Notes: generated from the letters alone by a model not told the origin. 64,000 nucleotides of DNA from Syntrophales bacterium (GCA_963665615.2 CAXXQE010000001.1:451151-515150), one strand, 5' to 3'; positions 1 through 9,715 are shown, counted from the stretch's first letter. Numbers and translations are program-made.

Positions 1-558
1 TGGAAGGCGGTGATGGCCAGCGGCATGTGCGAGATTATGGAGACGGCCTGCCGCGGCATGCTGGATTACACGTTTTTAGGCGGCGCACAGATCGACATGT
101 ATGGCAATCTCAATTCGACCCGGATCGGAGGTGCGGATCACCAGCATCCCAAGATCCGTCTGCCCGGCAGCGGCGGGGCCAACGACTTCGGCTCTTTCTG
201 CTGGCGGATGATGGTAATGACGCCGCAGGATTCTAAGCGCTTTGTCGAGAAGGTCAGCTTCATTACGACGCCGGGATGGTTGGACGGCGGGAATTCCCGA
301 GCCAAGTCGGGCCTGCCGCTGGGCGCCGGTCCTTACAAGATTATCACCAACATGGCAGTGATGGACTTCGAACCGGAATCCAAACGCATGCGAATTATCG
401 CGATCAATCCCGGCTATTCGGAAAAGGACGTTCAGGAAAACTGCGGCTTTGAACTGCTCAAGGCGAAAAAGATCGTCGAAAATCACCCGCCGACTGCCAA
501 GGAGCTGCACACGCTTCGGGATGTGATCGACCCGTATCGCTATGTGATCGGCAGGTGA
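1..558 (+). CDS. Family I CoA-transferase beta subunit (glutaconate CoA-transferase B-like), 5'-truncated by window edge
   Basis: FLGGAQIDMYGNLNST and RLPGSGGAND motifs; frame is open back to position 1. Confidence 0.85.
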   Translation, partial: WKAVMASGMCEIMETACRGMLDYTFLGGAQIDMYGNLNSTRIGGADHQHPKIRLPGSGGANDFGSFCWRMMVMTPQDSKRFVEKVSFITTPGWLDGGNSRAKSGLPLGAGPYKIITNMAVMDFEPESKRMRIIAINPGYSEKDVQENCGFELLKAKKIVENHPPTAKELHTLRDVIDPYRYVIGR

Positions 559-703
559 TACGTTTCCGAAAACAAGCTAGGCCAGAATCATGAGGTGCTG
601 ACGGGAGAAAGAGTCTCCCGCCAGCGCCCGTCGCAGCAATGAAGGGACGCGGTAACCCCTCGGCCTACGAAGCACCAGGTACCTTCCGACGATATGAGGT
701 TTT

Positions 704-907
704 ATGATTACCGTGACGGACGGAAAAGACTGTGAGGTCTGCGGACGGAAAGGCGCGGTGGTGATCTGCAACGGCTGCGGCAAGTCACTGTGCGAGGATT
801 GCCGCACCTTCGACATCTGGTGCTTCGGCTGTGGACATGGCGATCCCAAGGCGTTCTGTCGAGTGTGTTACGAGGATCCGCTCATCAATATCTGGAAAAG
901 CCCATAG
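704..907 (+). CDS. Small Cys-rich (zinc-finger-like) hypothetical protein
   Basis: 67 aa with five CxxC pairs; GAGGT RBS just upstream. Confidence 0.7.
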   Translation: MITVTDGKDCEVCGRKGAVVICNGCGKSLCEDCRTFDIWCFGCGHGDPKAFCRVCYEDPLINIWKSP

Positions 908-924
908 CAGCGTGTTTGCAGCGC

Positions 925-1422
925 CTAGCGGCGGTCCGTCCACTCCTTCTTAAATTCGGCGAGCTTCATGAAATGCTGGCGCTCCTCGGCGATGATATTG
1001 TCGATCAGCGCCTGCCCGCTTGCCGGGACGAGCTGTTTGATTTCTGCGTAGTAGAGAATCGAGTCCATCTCCCGGTTCATGGCAAAGTCAATGGCCGCTT
1101 CGGTGTTGCAGATGTGAGCAAATTCCCGATCGGCCTGTGCATTGAAGACGGCGCTGTGGTCGATGTGGTTGCGGAGATAGGTCAGGTATTCGCCGGGATA
1201 CGTTTCCATCGGCATGGGAACGGCCCCTGCCGCGGGATCTGCCTGGGCGGCCATATGCCTGAACGTCTCCCGGTGTTTGTTTTCCTCATCCGCAAGGTGG
1301 TTGAAGAGATACCGTGCGGTTTCCTCTTCAGTGATAACAGCTGCGTGACGATAGAATTTTTCGCCATTCTCTTCGATTCTGGCGGCAAATTCGAATATCT
1401 CTGCACTGCTGAAAACGGCCAT
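925..1422 (-). CDS. Rubrerythrin/ferritin-like diiron protein
   Basis: IEENGEKFY, LADEENKH, EMDSILYY and IIAEERQH (two ExxH motifs); GGAG RBS. Confidence 0.9.
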   Translation of the reverse strand: MAVFSSAEIFEFAARIEENGEKFYRHAAVITEEETARYLFNHLADEENKHRETFRHMAAQADPAAGAVPMPMETYPGEYLTYLRNHIDHSAVFNAQADREFAHICNTEAAIDFAMNREMDSILYYAEIKQLVPASGQALIDNIIAEERQHFMKLAEFKKEWTDRR

Positions 1423-1583
1423 GACTCTCCTCCATGTGTCTGTGATAGGTCTGTCGCGCTCTATGGATTCCTTTTTCAGGGCGTCGCGGGGCTTGTCGCT
1501 CCCGATCTATTTTCTCTTATCAAATCTTCTTGGGTTTGAAAATGATAATGGTTATAATGCAACCTATTCATGGAGGAAGACAA

Positions 1584-2381
1584 ATGTCAAAATCGACAGC
1601 GATGGACCTTCAGGTTGAATACATCGCCAAATATATTCTTAAATCCGACAAAACGGTTGTTTTTACCGGCGCCGGGGTCAGCACCGAGTCGGGGATACCA
1701 GATTTCCGTAGTTCCGACGGCATCTGGTCTAAATTCGATCCGGATGATTTTACGATCCAGAAGTACATGAGCGATCCCGCTTCTCGACTCAAACAGTGGC
1801 TGCTGCTCTTTGACGAGGCGGCTCTGATGAATGCTCAGCCAAATCGCGCCCATCTTGCCATTGCCGAACTGGAACGAATGGAGCGATTGGACTGCGTGAT
1901 TACCCAGAATATCGATAACCTGCATCAGAAGGCGGGCACATCGCCGGAAAAGGTCATGGAGCTGCACGGAACGCTCGGATGGGCCAAGTGCCTTCAGTGC
2001 GGCAGCCGCCTGCCGATTGAATCCGTGGTGGCGCGTTTTCGGGCCGAGCGCGACAGGACGCCTGTGTGCGAATCCTGTGGCGGAATCATCAAACCCGATG
2101 TTGTTTTTTTTGGAGAGCCTCTGCCGCAACATGTCCTGGAACAGGCGGCCCATCTGTCACAGACCTGCGAGCTATTTATCGTGATCGGCTCCTCCCTGGT
2201 TGTTTATCCGGCGGCGTATATGCCTATGTATGCAAAACAGAGCGGGGCCCGCTTGGTCATTATCAATAATGCGCCCACTGATCTCGATGCTTATGCTGAC
2301 GTTGTTGCCAGAGGATCGGCAGGCGAGATCATGGACGCTGTTTTAAAGCGGGTTAGAGCAGGGATATCGACATGTGCTTGA
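1584..2381 (+). CDS. cobB: NAD-dependent protein deacylase (sirtuin)
   Basis: GAGVSTESGIPDFR, TQNIDNLH, ELHG, two CxxC, GSSLVVYPAA; start moved to ATG 1584 after GGAGG. Confidence 0.9.
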   Translation: MSKSTAMDLQVEYIAKYILKSDKTVVFTGAGVSTESGIPDFRSSDGIWSKFDPDDFTIQKYMSDPASRLKQWLLLFDEAALMNAQPNRAHLAIAELERMERLDCVITQNIDNLHQKAGTSPEKVMELHGTLGWAKCLQCGSRLPIESVVARFRAERDRTPVCESCGGIIKPDVVFFGEPLPQHVLEQAAHLSQTCELFIVIGSSLVVYPAAYMPMYAKQSGARLVIINNAPTDLDAYADVVARGSAGEIMDAVLKRVRAGISTCA

Positions 2382-3157
2382 TCCTCTTTGCCTACCAGAA
2401 TCATTCCAGATACAAATTGATTCTGGCCGCCAATCGCGATGAGTTTTACAACCGGCCCGCAGCGCCAATGGCCTTCTGGGACGACGTCCCCGACGTCCTG
2501 GGCGGTCGTGATTTAAAGGCGGGCGGCACTTGGTTCGGAATAACCCGTAATGGGCGGTGGAGCGCAATTACGAATTTTCGCAATCCCGAGCTGTCCAAGG
2601 TCGGCACCCCGTCTCGAGGTTTTTTGGTCAGCCGCTATCTGCTTGGGCAGACACCTCCCGACGTCTATTTGCAGGCCCTTAAAAATGACGCCGTCCTATA
2701 CAGCGGGTTCAATCTGCTGGTAGGCGATTGCGAGGGGCTCTATTATTTTTCTAACCGCCAGCTGGTTGTCCGGAAATTGGGCAGCGGCACTTATGGTTTG
2801 AGTAATAACCTGCTTAATGTTCCCTGGCCCAAGGTTGTTCAGGGACGGGAGGCATTGACGCGGCTGATCGTCAGCGAGGCTGTTTCCCCTGAAAACCTTT
2901 TTGCCATACTGGCCGACCGTCATCAGCCGGACGATGCAGACCTGCCGCACACAGGCGTAGGGCGTGAGTGGGAGAGGATTTTTGCCCCTCGCTTTATTTC
3001 AAGCCCCATTTACGGTACACGGACGTCAACCATCGTTCTGATCGATTATTCACTAAACGTGTTGATTCATGAAAGGACGTTTCAAACCGGACATGAACCG
3101 GAAAATCGGTGCTTTGAATTTCAAGTTACAAACATACAGCGGCAGACAGACGTATGA
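2372..3157 (+). CDS. NRDE/TANGO2 family protein
   Basis: MCLI N-terminus, NRDEF, GGTW, SRGFLV, YGTRTST; overlaps the sirtuin stop. Confidence 0.92.
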   Translation: MCLILFAYQNHSRYKLILAANRDEFYNRPAAPMAFWDDVPDVLGGRDLKAGGTWFGITRNGRWSAITNFRNPELSKVGTPSRGFLVSRYLLGQTPPDVYLQALKNDAVLYSGFNLLVGDCEGLYYFSNRQLVVRKLGSGTYGLSNNLLNVPWPKVVQGREALTRLIVSEAVSPENLFAILADRHQPDDADLPHTGVGREWERIFAPRFISSPIYGTRTSTIVLIDYSLNVLIHERTFQTGHEPENRCFEFQVTNIQRQTDV

Positions 3158-3585
3158 CCGCCCGCGTGTATCCCGCCTCTCCCGTGATCGGTGTCGGGGC
3201 CGTTGTGATCCGAGATGGGCGCATTCTTTTGGTTAAGCGAGGGCAACCGCCGGGCGAAGGGTTGTGGGCGATTCCCGGTGGGGTGCTGGAGCTAGGTGAA
3301 ACGCTTCAGCAGGCAGCCGTACGGGAAATCCTCGAGGAGACCGGTTTGGTGATAGAGGCCGGAGAACCGATTCACACCTTCGACCTGATCCATCGGGATT
3401 CGGCGGGGCGAGTGCACTACCATTACGTGATTGTCGATCTGCGAGGTACTTACCTTTCAGGGGAAATTCGTCCCGCCGACGATGCCAAGGAGGCTGCGTG
3501 GTTCGACCTGGACAATCTGCCAACTGGCGATCTGTCCCCGCCGACGCGGGAGTTGATAGAAAAGATAGTGAACAGTAAACAGTAA
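3154..3585 (+). CDS. Nudix hydrolase (ADP-ribose pyrophosphatase-like)
   Basis: Nudix box GGVLELGETLQQAAVREILEETG; ATGA overlap with the upstream gene. Confidence 0.9.
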   Translation: MTARVYPASPVIGVGAVVIRDGRILLVKRGQPPGEGLWAIPGGVLELGETLQQAAVREILEETGLVIEAGEPIHTFDLIHRDSAGRVHYHYVIVDLRGTYLSGEIRPADDAKEAAWFDLDNLPTGDLSPPTRELIEKIVNSKQ

Positions 3586-3615
3586 ATAGTAAATAGTAAA
3601 CAGTAAATAGTAAAT
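3567..3615 (+). repeat. Heptamer tandem repeat AGT(A/G)AA(C/T) x7
   Basis: agtgaac agtaaac agtaaat agtaaat agtaaac agtaaat agtaaat; about 4 inverted units at 3739-3765. Confidence 0.9.
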
Positions 3616-3700
3616 AGTAGGGGAATGTCTACTGAAGGCTTGCTGTGGTAATGAGCGGCCGGAAACCAATGGGGACATGTAAGAGCCCAAGAAAAGAAAT

Positions 3701-3740
3701 AAAAAAGGCGGGTGCATTGCTGCCCCGCCTTTACTTTTTT
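3701..3740. terminator. Bidirectional intrinsic terminator
   Basis: AAAAAAGGCGGG...CCCGCCTTTACTTTTTT between convergent Nudix and cpoB genes. Confidence 0.8.
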
Positions 3741-3774
3741 CACTGTTCACTATTTACTGTTTACTTTCTTGTTT

Positions 3775-4608
3775 TCATTTAATTTCCGCTAGTCTCGCCC
3801 TGGCGATTCTCGCCTGGCTGGTATTTGGATAGTTCTTGATGACCTGTTGCAGAATCAACTTGGCACTGGCTTTGTCTTTGAGTTTGATAAAACTAAGCCC
3901 CTGTTTCAGGAGAGCATGTGACACCTTATCGCTGCCGCTGAAATTTTTAATGACCTTCTCGTATTCCAGGATGGCCTTTTCAAATTTTCCTTCAGCGTAA
4001 TATGATTCCCCGATCCAAAACTGTGCGTTGCCCGAATAGTCGGTATTGGGGTAGGTCTCGAGGAATTTTTGAAAATCTCGGCGGGACTCTTCGTATTTGC
4101 CGTCCTTGAAATCCTTGTAAGCTGCCGTGTAAGCTGCTTCCGCATCCGACTTCCCGTTGGACGCTGCCGGTGTCGTTGCGGAGGGTTTTGTTTCCTTCTT
4201 GGCGTCGTCGTCCGCCACGCCGGTCTTGCTGATGCCGGTGAAGTTTTCAAGGAAATTAATCCGCATCTGCAAGTCGTTCAGGCGCACATCGTGCTGGGTG
4301 TCCTTATCCTTGCGGTCGTTCTTTGTCGAGGCGATGTCGCGACGTATCTCTTCAACAGCTCCTTTTAAAGCCTGCACCTGATCCCGGACATCGATCAGAT
4401 CGGCGCCGGCATCCGCTTGAGTCTTTCGTAACGGCGTGATGCTCTGGCGTGTAGCGTCCAAGGCCTCTTTAAGCTTGGCATTCTCCTGTTGGAGCGTGTT
4501 GATCCGCTGATTGACGTCGCCGTCAAGCCGCTTCAAGTCGCTCGTCGTGGCACAGCCATAGAGAACGACCGAGAGGACTATTGCCGTTATCACATTGAAA
4601 ATTTTCAA
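3775..4608 (-). CDS. cpoB: Tol-Pal system TPR lipoprotein YbgF/CpoB
   Basis: Lipobox LYGC, coiled coil, TPRs (NAQFWIGESYY, ALLKQG); directly downstream of pal; TTG start. Confidence 0.9.
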   Translation of the reverse strand: MKIFNVITAIVLSVVLYGCATTSDLKRLDGDVNQRINTLQQENAKLKEALDATRQSITPLRKTQADAGADLIDVRDQVQALKGAVEEIRRDIASTKNDRKDKDTQHDVRLNDLQMRINFLENFTGISKTGVADDDAKKETKPSATTPAASNGKSDAEAAYTAAYKDFKDGKYEESRRDFQKFLETYPNTDYSGNAQFWIGESYYAEGKFEKAILEYEKVIKNFSGSDKVSHALLKQGLSFIKLKDKASAKLILQQVIKNYPNTSQARIARARLAEIK

Positions 4609-4649
4609 AGATGCTTCCCTCAGCGTGGTTGTCTATATGCAGGTTCCTG

Positions 4650-5246
4650 CTATTTCTTAACGATAAAATGGGCGTTTCTGTTTTTCGTCCAAGCTTCTTC
4701 CGTACTGCCTTCGGCAACCGGTTTTTCCTTGCCGTTGCTCAGCGTGGACAACCGATCCTCTTTAATGCCGAGGGTGGCGAGATACTTCATCGCCGCATTG
4801 GCCCTTCTTTCACCGAGGGCGAGGTTGTACTCGACGGTTCCGCGTTCATCGCAGTTGCCTTCAATACGGATCTTCATGTCGGGGGAAGCCGTCAGTTTAT
4901 CGGCGATCTTCTTCAATGTGTCTCTCGCTTCAGTGCTGATCGCGTATTTATCGTAGTCGAAGTAGATGAAATCCATTCCGGCCAGCGGAGAAAGCGCCGC
5001 GTCCTTCGCTGCTGCGGCCTTTTCCTTTTCAGCCAGCAGCCTCTCCTTCTCGTCCTCTTTGAGGGCCTTCTCTTTGGCGGCCTTGTCAGCATCAGCTTCT
5101 GCCGCAGGTTGCTCCGGTTGCGGGACGACTTGCGGCTGTTCCTCCGGTTGAACGACGGTAGCCTGCTTTGCACAACCCGCTATAAGGACTAAAGACGCTA
5201 TCAAGAACGCGATCGCAATGATTACCGAAAAGTGACGTTTCTGCAT
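4650..5246 (-). CDS. pal: Peptidoglycan-associated lipoprotein Pal
   Basis: Lipobox IAGC, IYFDYDK, IEGNCDERGTVEYNLALGERRA; ATG 5246 after GGAGGG. Confidence 0.93.
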   Translation of the reverse strand: MQKRHFSVIIAIAFLIASLVLIAGCAKQATVVQPEEQPQVVPQPEQPAAEADADKAAKEKALKEDEKERLLAEKEKAAAAKDAALSPLAGMDFIYFDYDKYAISTEARDTLKKIADKLTASPDMKIRIEGNCDERGTVEYNLALGERRANAAMKYLATLGIKEDRLSTLSNGKEKPVAEGSTEEAWTKNRNAHFIVKK

Positions 5247-5375
5247 GATCGAATCTCCCTCCAAAGATTGTTGGATTCTAAAGGTAAATATCGCTTTTTA
5301 CCCTATGCCAAACGAGCCAAAAGATCAATGAAAAATTCTTGTCTTTTCGGTGTCCGGTAAGGCGTGAGGGCTTCT

Positions 5376-5518
5376 TAGGCTTATTCGTAACTAACGTTGC
5401 CAGTGTTTCCGGAGCGATTGCTCAAAACCGCAAGCGTAGCAGTGCTATGTTTGAGACACTGGGAAAGATGGCGTGAAGATGGTAATCGAGATGGCAAGGC
5501 TATTTACGGACAAGCTCT
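5376..5518. repeat. MITE-like element, family A, copy 1
   Basis: Imperfect terminal inverted repeats (taggcttattcgtaa ... tttacggacaagctct); collinear similarity to the reverse complement of 27493-27681. Confidence 0.65.
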
Positions 5519-5520
5519 TC

Positions 5521-6831
5521 TTAATCGGTTCCGATATGAGGCGACCAAGCGGGGCACCGATACTGCTCTAACCCCTCATGGAGCACCCGAACAGGACCGC
5601 CATTGGCGTTGACGATGCACAGACGCCCTTTGCCTTTCTGAGTGGATACGAAAATGAGATATTGACCGTCCGGCGACCACGCCGGCGACTCGTTGCGCCC
5701 TCCGGTGGTCAGCTGCGTTGATGATCTGCCTTCGGGATCGATGGTCATGATTTGGAAAGAACCGTTTTTCTTGCTTTCATAAGCGATCCGGTCGCCCCTC
5801 GGAGACCATCGCGGTGAGGTGTTATAGTTGCCGTCAAAAGTCAGGCGCTTCACGTTGCCGCCGTCCGCATCCATGATGAAGATCTGAGGGGAGCCGGAAC
5901 GATCCGAGGCAAAGGCGATCTTTCGTCCGTCGGGTGAACGGGAGGGCGAGACGTTAATGGAGGCGTCACGGGTTAATGGTTGTGTTCTTCGACTCTGAAG
6001 ATCCAGGGCGTAGATCTCGGATTTTCCGTCTTTGCTGAGAGTAAGCAGGATTGAATGTCCGTCCGCCGACCAGGGGCCTGCAAGGGTCAGTCCGCTGAAG
6101 GTCGTTATCTTTTTTTCCTGTGCGCCGTCGGCGTCAATGATATAGATATCAGGATTGCCGCTGCGATAGGACGTGAAGGCGATTTGTCTGCCGTTCGGGG
6201 ACCACTGCGGCAGGAGACACAAGGCACGATACCTTGTCAGGCGGGTGGGGGGCGAACCGCTGAAATCCGTGGTATAGAGGTCCCAGCCCCCGATGTACTT
6301 AGCCGTGAAGGCGATACGCGTGTCAAAGACACCCTTGGCACCCGTGAGAGACAGAAGGATTTCATTGGCGAAGCGTGACACCATGGCCGTGCGCTCCTGA
6401 TAAACGCCGGTATATTTCTTCCCGGCAATCAGCTTTCCGAGTACGACATCGAACAAGAAAAACTCGCAGGTGAGTGTTTTGCCGTCATACTGGAAGGCGC
6501 CCTTGACAAGCGATTCCGCCCCGATGCTGCTCCAATCGGAAAACCGGATAGACTCAGACGTCAGCCCATTTTGTTCAGCAGGTTCCAGATAGGCAGCTTT
6601 GCCGATAATCGTGAAGTAGCCGGTCAGGGAAAGCATACTGGCCAGTTGATCGGAAAACCACTGTGAGAGGGACTCCGTGTCCTGCCTGGTGCCCAAATTG
6701 GAAAACTCCTTGATGGCAATAGGAAATTTTTGAAGCGATGGGGAGTTGATATCGATGTAAACCTTCGCAAAGGTCGTTCCCGGCAGGAAGAGCAAAAACA
6801 GAATGATGGAGATCAGCCAATATCTTTTCAT
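5521..6831 (-). CDS. tolB: Tol-Pal beta-propeller protein TolB
   Basis: Signal peptide, TolB N-domain, repeated WSPDG/PD40 motifs; operon context. Confidence 0.93.
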   Translation of the reverse strand: MKRYWLISIILFLLFLPGTTFAKVYIDINSPSLQKFPIAIKEFSNLGTRQDTESLSQWFSDQLASMLSLTGYFTIIGKAAYLEPAEQNGLTSESIRFSDWSSIGAESLVKGAFQYDGKTLTCEFFLFDVVLGKLIAGKKYTGVYQERTAMVSRFANEILLSLTGAKGVFDTRIAFTAKYIGGWDLYTTDFSGSPPTRLTRYRALCLLPQWSPNGRQIAFTSYRSGNPDIYIIDADGAQEKKITTFSGLTLAGPWSADGHSILLTLSKDGKSEIYALDLQSRRTQPLTRDASINVSPSRSPDGRKIAFASDRSGSPQIFIMDADGGNVKRLTFDGNYNTSPRWSPRGDRIAYESKKNGSFQIMTIDPEGRSSTQLTTGGRNESPAWSPDGQYLIFVSTQKGKGRLCIVNANGGPVRVLHEGLEQYRCPAWSPHIGTD

Positions 6832-6891
6832 TGCGTATCACCTTTTCAGCGTTTCCGAAGAAATGAGGCGTAGTCAGCTAGCTCAAGCGCC

Positions 6892-7626
6892 TTAGCGAAA
6901 ATCCGTCGATCGGAACCTCAGGCCGATTTCCAGTTTGGCGTCGTTGATCCAGTCGGGCAGAGGCGGCAGGGGACTGGCCTTCCGGACGGCCCGCCTCGCC
7001 GACTCGTCAAAGTAGGGGTTGCCAGATCCTTTCTCGAGGCTGACCTTCGCAATCGTGCCGTCTCGAAGAACGACAATGTCGAGAACGGCCTCCAGATTAT
7101 GTTCCGGCAGAATCCCGCGCGGCAAGGCCCACTGGTTCGTGATCCGGTTCCAAATTCTCGTATAGTAGGCGTTCATCTTCGCATCGGCGCCGCCCTGCTC
7201 GGGCGTTGCAGCGGACGACGACGCCCTGGGAGCCGTCGTATGATCCGCCGTGGCGTCCATTTTCTTTCTCAGCGCGTCGATCAGGTGCTCGCGCCTTGCG
7301 TTATCGGCGGTGTCGTCTTTCCCGAACGATTGCGGTTTGATGATGGACCACGCCCGAGGCTCGTCCGTTTTCCGGATCGATGGAGATGGTCGCGATTCCG
7401 GGATCATCAATTCCCGCGACATTGCTGCCTTCGGTGGCGATGTGCCATTGACGGAGAAAGCGCCTACATCTTCAACAAGGCTGACCGAATAAGTCGCTCC
7501 GAAGGTCCATTTTTTTGTCGGTAGGGAAGGGGAAAGCAGAAAGATCGACAACACCAGGGCGTGGAGGATTATCGACAGCACAATCATTCCGTTGAGGTTG
7601 AGACCGTTATCGCTTCTTCCCGGCAT
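6892..7626 (-). CDS. tolA: TolA/TonB C-terminal domain protein
   Basis: TM helix with SxxxH (SIILH); C-terminal SGNPYFDESARRAV...PLPPLP; lies between tolR and tolB. Confidence 0.75.
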   Translation of the reverse strand: MPGRSDNGLNLNGMIVLSIILHALVLSIFLLSPSLPTKKWTFGATYSVSLVEDVGAFSVNGTSPPKAAMSRELMIPESRPSPSIRKTDEPRAWSIIKPQSFGKDDTADNARREHLIDALRKKMDATADHTTAPRASSSAATPEQGGADAKMNAYYTRIWNRITNQWALPRGILPEHNLEAVLDIVVLRDGTIAKVSLEKGSGNPYFDESARRAVRKASPLPPLPDWINDAKLEIGLRFRSTDFR

Positions 7627-7638
7627 GGATCGGCCTTC

Positions 7639-8058
7639 TCAGCGCGGTTTTGGAGGTTCGGTAATCATGCCCAGTTTATCGACGCCGGCTTTGCGCACCG
7701 CCGACATCACCTCGACCACATAGCCATAGGGGATCTCCTTGTCGGCGCGCATAAAGACCTCTTTTTCGATACGCGTCTTGAAGATGTTTTCGAGCTTTAC
7801 CGTCAGATCGGGCAAGGAGGTCCGGTAATTGTTGATAAAAATATCGCCTTTTTTGTTGATGGTGAGAATGAGCTTTTCCTCTGCAACGTCGATCGTTTTG
7901 GCCTTGACCTGAGGCAGATTGATATCGATGCCCATTTGGAGCATCGGGGCCGTCACCATGAAAATGATCAGCAGCACCAGGATGACATCGACAAGCGGCG
8001 TCACATTGATTTCTGAGACGAGTTTGTTGCCATTGGCTTTGTTTTTTCGGTATCTCAT
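7639..8058 (-). CDS. tolR: TolR/ExbD
   Basis: EINVTPLVDVILVLLIIFMVTAP, RADKEIPYG. Confidence 0.92.
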   Translation of the reverse strand: MRYRKNKANGNKLVSEINVTPLVDVILVLLIIFMVTAPMLQMGIDINLPQVKAKTIDVAEEKLILTINKKGDIFINNYRTSLPDLTVKLENIFKTRIEKEVFMRADKEIPYGYVVEVMSAVRKAGVDKLGMITEPPKPR

Positions 8059-8807
8059 GGCAAGCGATTCTTGATGGCGTAGCGCTCCAGAATGTTGAGA
8101 AATTCCGCTGAAAAGTTATCCATCTCCGAGGATATTTTTTTGATCCGGTTCTGGAAGAAATTGTAGAAAATGACCGCCGGGATAGCGGCGGCCAGCCCTG
8201 CGGCCGTGGCCACAAGCGCTTCCGAAATCCCCGGCGCGACGACAGCCAGGGTGGCCGATCCTCTGGCGCCGATACCGCGAAAGGCCGTCATGATCCCCCA
8301 GACCGTTCCGAAGAGACCGATAAAGGGCGACGCACTTCCCGTCGTAGCCAGAAAACCGAGGGCGCTTTCGAGTTTTGTGGTCTCCGAGGTGCAGGCCCGG
8401 TTCAGCGCCCGTTCGACGTTGTCGATCCCCCGGATTTCGATTTGCGCCAGACCGGCATCTCCTGCTTGCGGCGACGCACCCGTCTTTCGACCGAACTTCC
8501 CTAACTCCCCATAGCCGGAACGAAAAACCTCTGCAATGGTGGAATACTTGAATTTTCTGGTTTCGGGCGCAACGGCAGTCAGGGTATCCGCCCGCATGTA
8601 TAGCTCGAGAAAAAGATCGTTCTCTCTTTCGACTTTTCGGATAAATGCATACTTGGAAAGGATGATGGCCCACGACAGAATGGAAAAACAGACCAGCAAC
8701 AACAGGACGATCTGGACCATGAGGCTGGCGTTGAGGATCATGCCGAGGATGTCGCCGTTGAAGTGATTGCCGATATCGCCGGCCGATGCAGACAAGGCTT
8801 CTTGCAC
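8055..8807 (-). CDS. tolQ: TolQ/ExbB proton channel
   Basis: LATTGSASPFIGLFGTVWGIM, VAPGISEALVATAAGL; GTG 8807 after GAGGAG chosen as start (uncertain). Confidence 0.92.
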   Translation of the reverse strand: MQEALSASAGDIGNHFNGDILGMILNASLMVQIVLLLLVCFSILSWAIILSKYAFIRKVERENDLFLELYMRADTLTAVAPETRKFKYSTIAEVFRSGYGELGKFGRKTGASPQAGDAGLAQIEIRGIDNVERALNRACTSETTKLESALGFLATTGSASPFIGLFGTVWGIMTAFRGIGARGSATLAVVAPGISEALVATAAGLAAAIPAVIFYNFFQNRIKKISSEMDNFSAEFLNILERYAIKNRLP

Positions 8808-8981
8808 TGAAGGACTCCTCTCTAGGCTTGGTAACGGTGCCTTCTTGTATTTTAATTCACCGGTGAAGTCAATACCCCTTATATGGCTTGAGTTATGCAT
8901 GAGCTCTTTATGGAAAGTCCGATGACGGGCGTTCCAGAGAAGGTTAGCAGCAGAGCAAGTTGGACTGGTTCTGTATTTAAT

Positions 8982-9009
8982 TAAAGAAAACAGCATGTTT
9001 TATCGATAA
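8982..9009 (+). promoter_or_regulatory. Possible sigma28 (FliA) promoter for PilZ-motAB
   Basis: TAAAGAAA-N12-ATCGATAA versus consensus TAAAGTTT-N11-GCCGATAA; spacing is off by one. Confidence 0.3.
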
Positions 9010-9154
9010 GAGGTGCATTGGCGTGTTGCGATGCGCCGAGGTGCCGTCAGAGATACTCTAAAAACAGTCAATTTTTTGACCCGTTGCGCCCTCCTTAAAA
9101 GGAAAAGGGCGTCGGGGTCGATCGAGAATAAAAACGCATCAGGAAAGGCTGATT

Positions 9155-9703
9155 ATGAACAATCGTATGCAGAGCCCTCCGCAAACGGATCGGGAATTTT
9201 CCCGGGTCGATACCTGTTTGCCCTTCGAGGTGACGCTGGTTCCCGAGGAGGAGCGGATGTCGATCCGGTCGCGAAGTTCCGGCTCTCCCTCGGTCATTTC
9301 CGGATCGATGCCGGAGCCGGAGGACGAGGCGTTGGCGGTCTGGCTTAGAACCATCAACAACAAGCTCGACGCCATCCTTAACCAGGTCATGTTCCAGAAA
9401 GAGGGATTCCTCAGTCTAAGGATGAGACCCGTCAACATCAGTGCGGGCGGTATGCGCTTTAATGCGGATAAACACTTTAATCTCGGCGACATCGTAGAGG
9501 TCAAGATGATGTTGCAGGCCTTCAACCCGGTGGCGCTCTATCTGTACGGCAAAGTCGTCTGTGCGGGCACTTGCGGATGTGAGCCGGGAAGCCCCTTCAA
9601 TACCGCCGTGCAGTTTATCGAGATCGATGACGAAATCGCCAACATCATCGTGCGCTACGTCTTTGAAGTGCAACGCGGTCAGATTCGGAAGAGAAAAGAA
9701 TAG
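9155..9703 (+). CDS. PilZ domain protein (c-di-GMP receptor)
   Basis: RxxxR (REFSR) and (D/N)xSxxG (NISAGG) motifs. Confidence 0.85.
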   Translation: MNNRMQSPPQTDREFSRVDTCLPFEVTLVPEEERMSIRSRSSGSPSVISGSMPEPEDEALAVWLRTINNKLDAILNQVMFQKEGFLSLRMRPVNISAGGMRFNADKHFNLGDIVEVKMMLQAFNPVALYLYGKVVCAGTCGCEPGSPFNTAVQFIEIDDEIANIIVRYVFEVQRGQIRKRKE

Positions 9704-9715
9704 GCGGAGCATCCC

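Noticed and set aside
1584..2381. Sir2 as a defence NADase (Thoeris/DSR)
   Set aside because: Canonical Zn-binding CobB-type deacylase with no TIR, HerA or pAgo neighbours
3567..3765. CRISPR array
   Set aside because: 7-nt tandem units without spacers; no cas genes in the window
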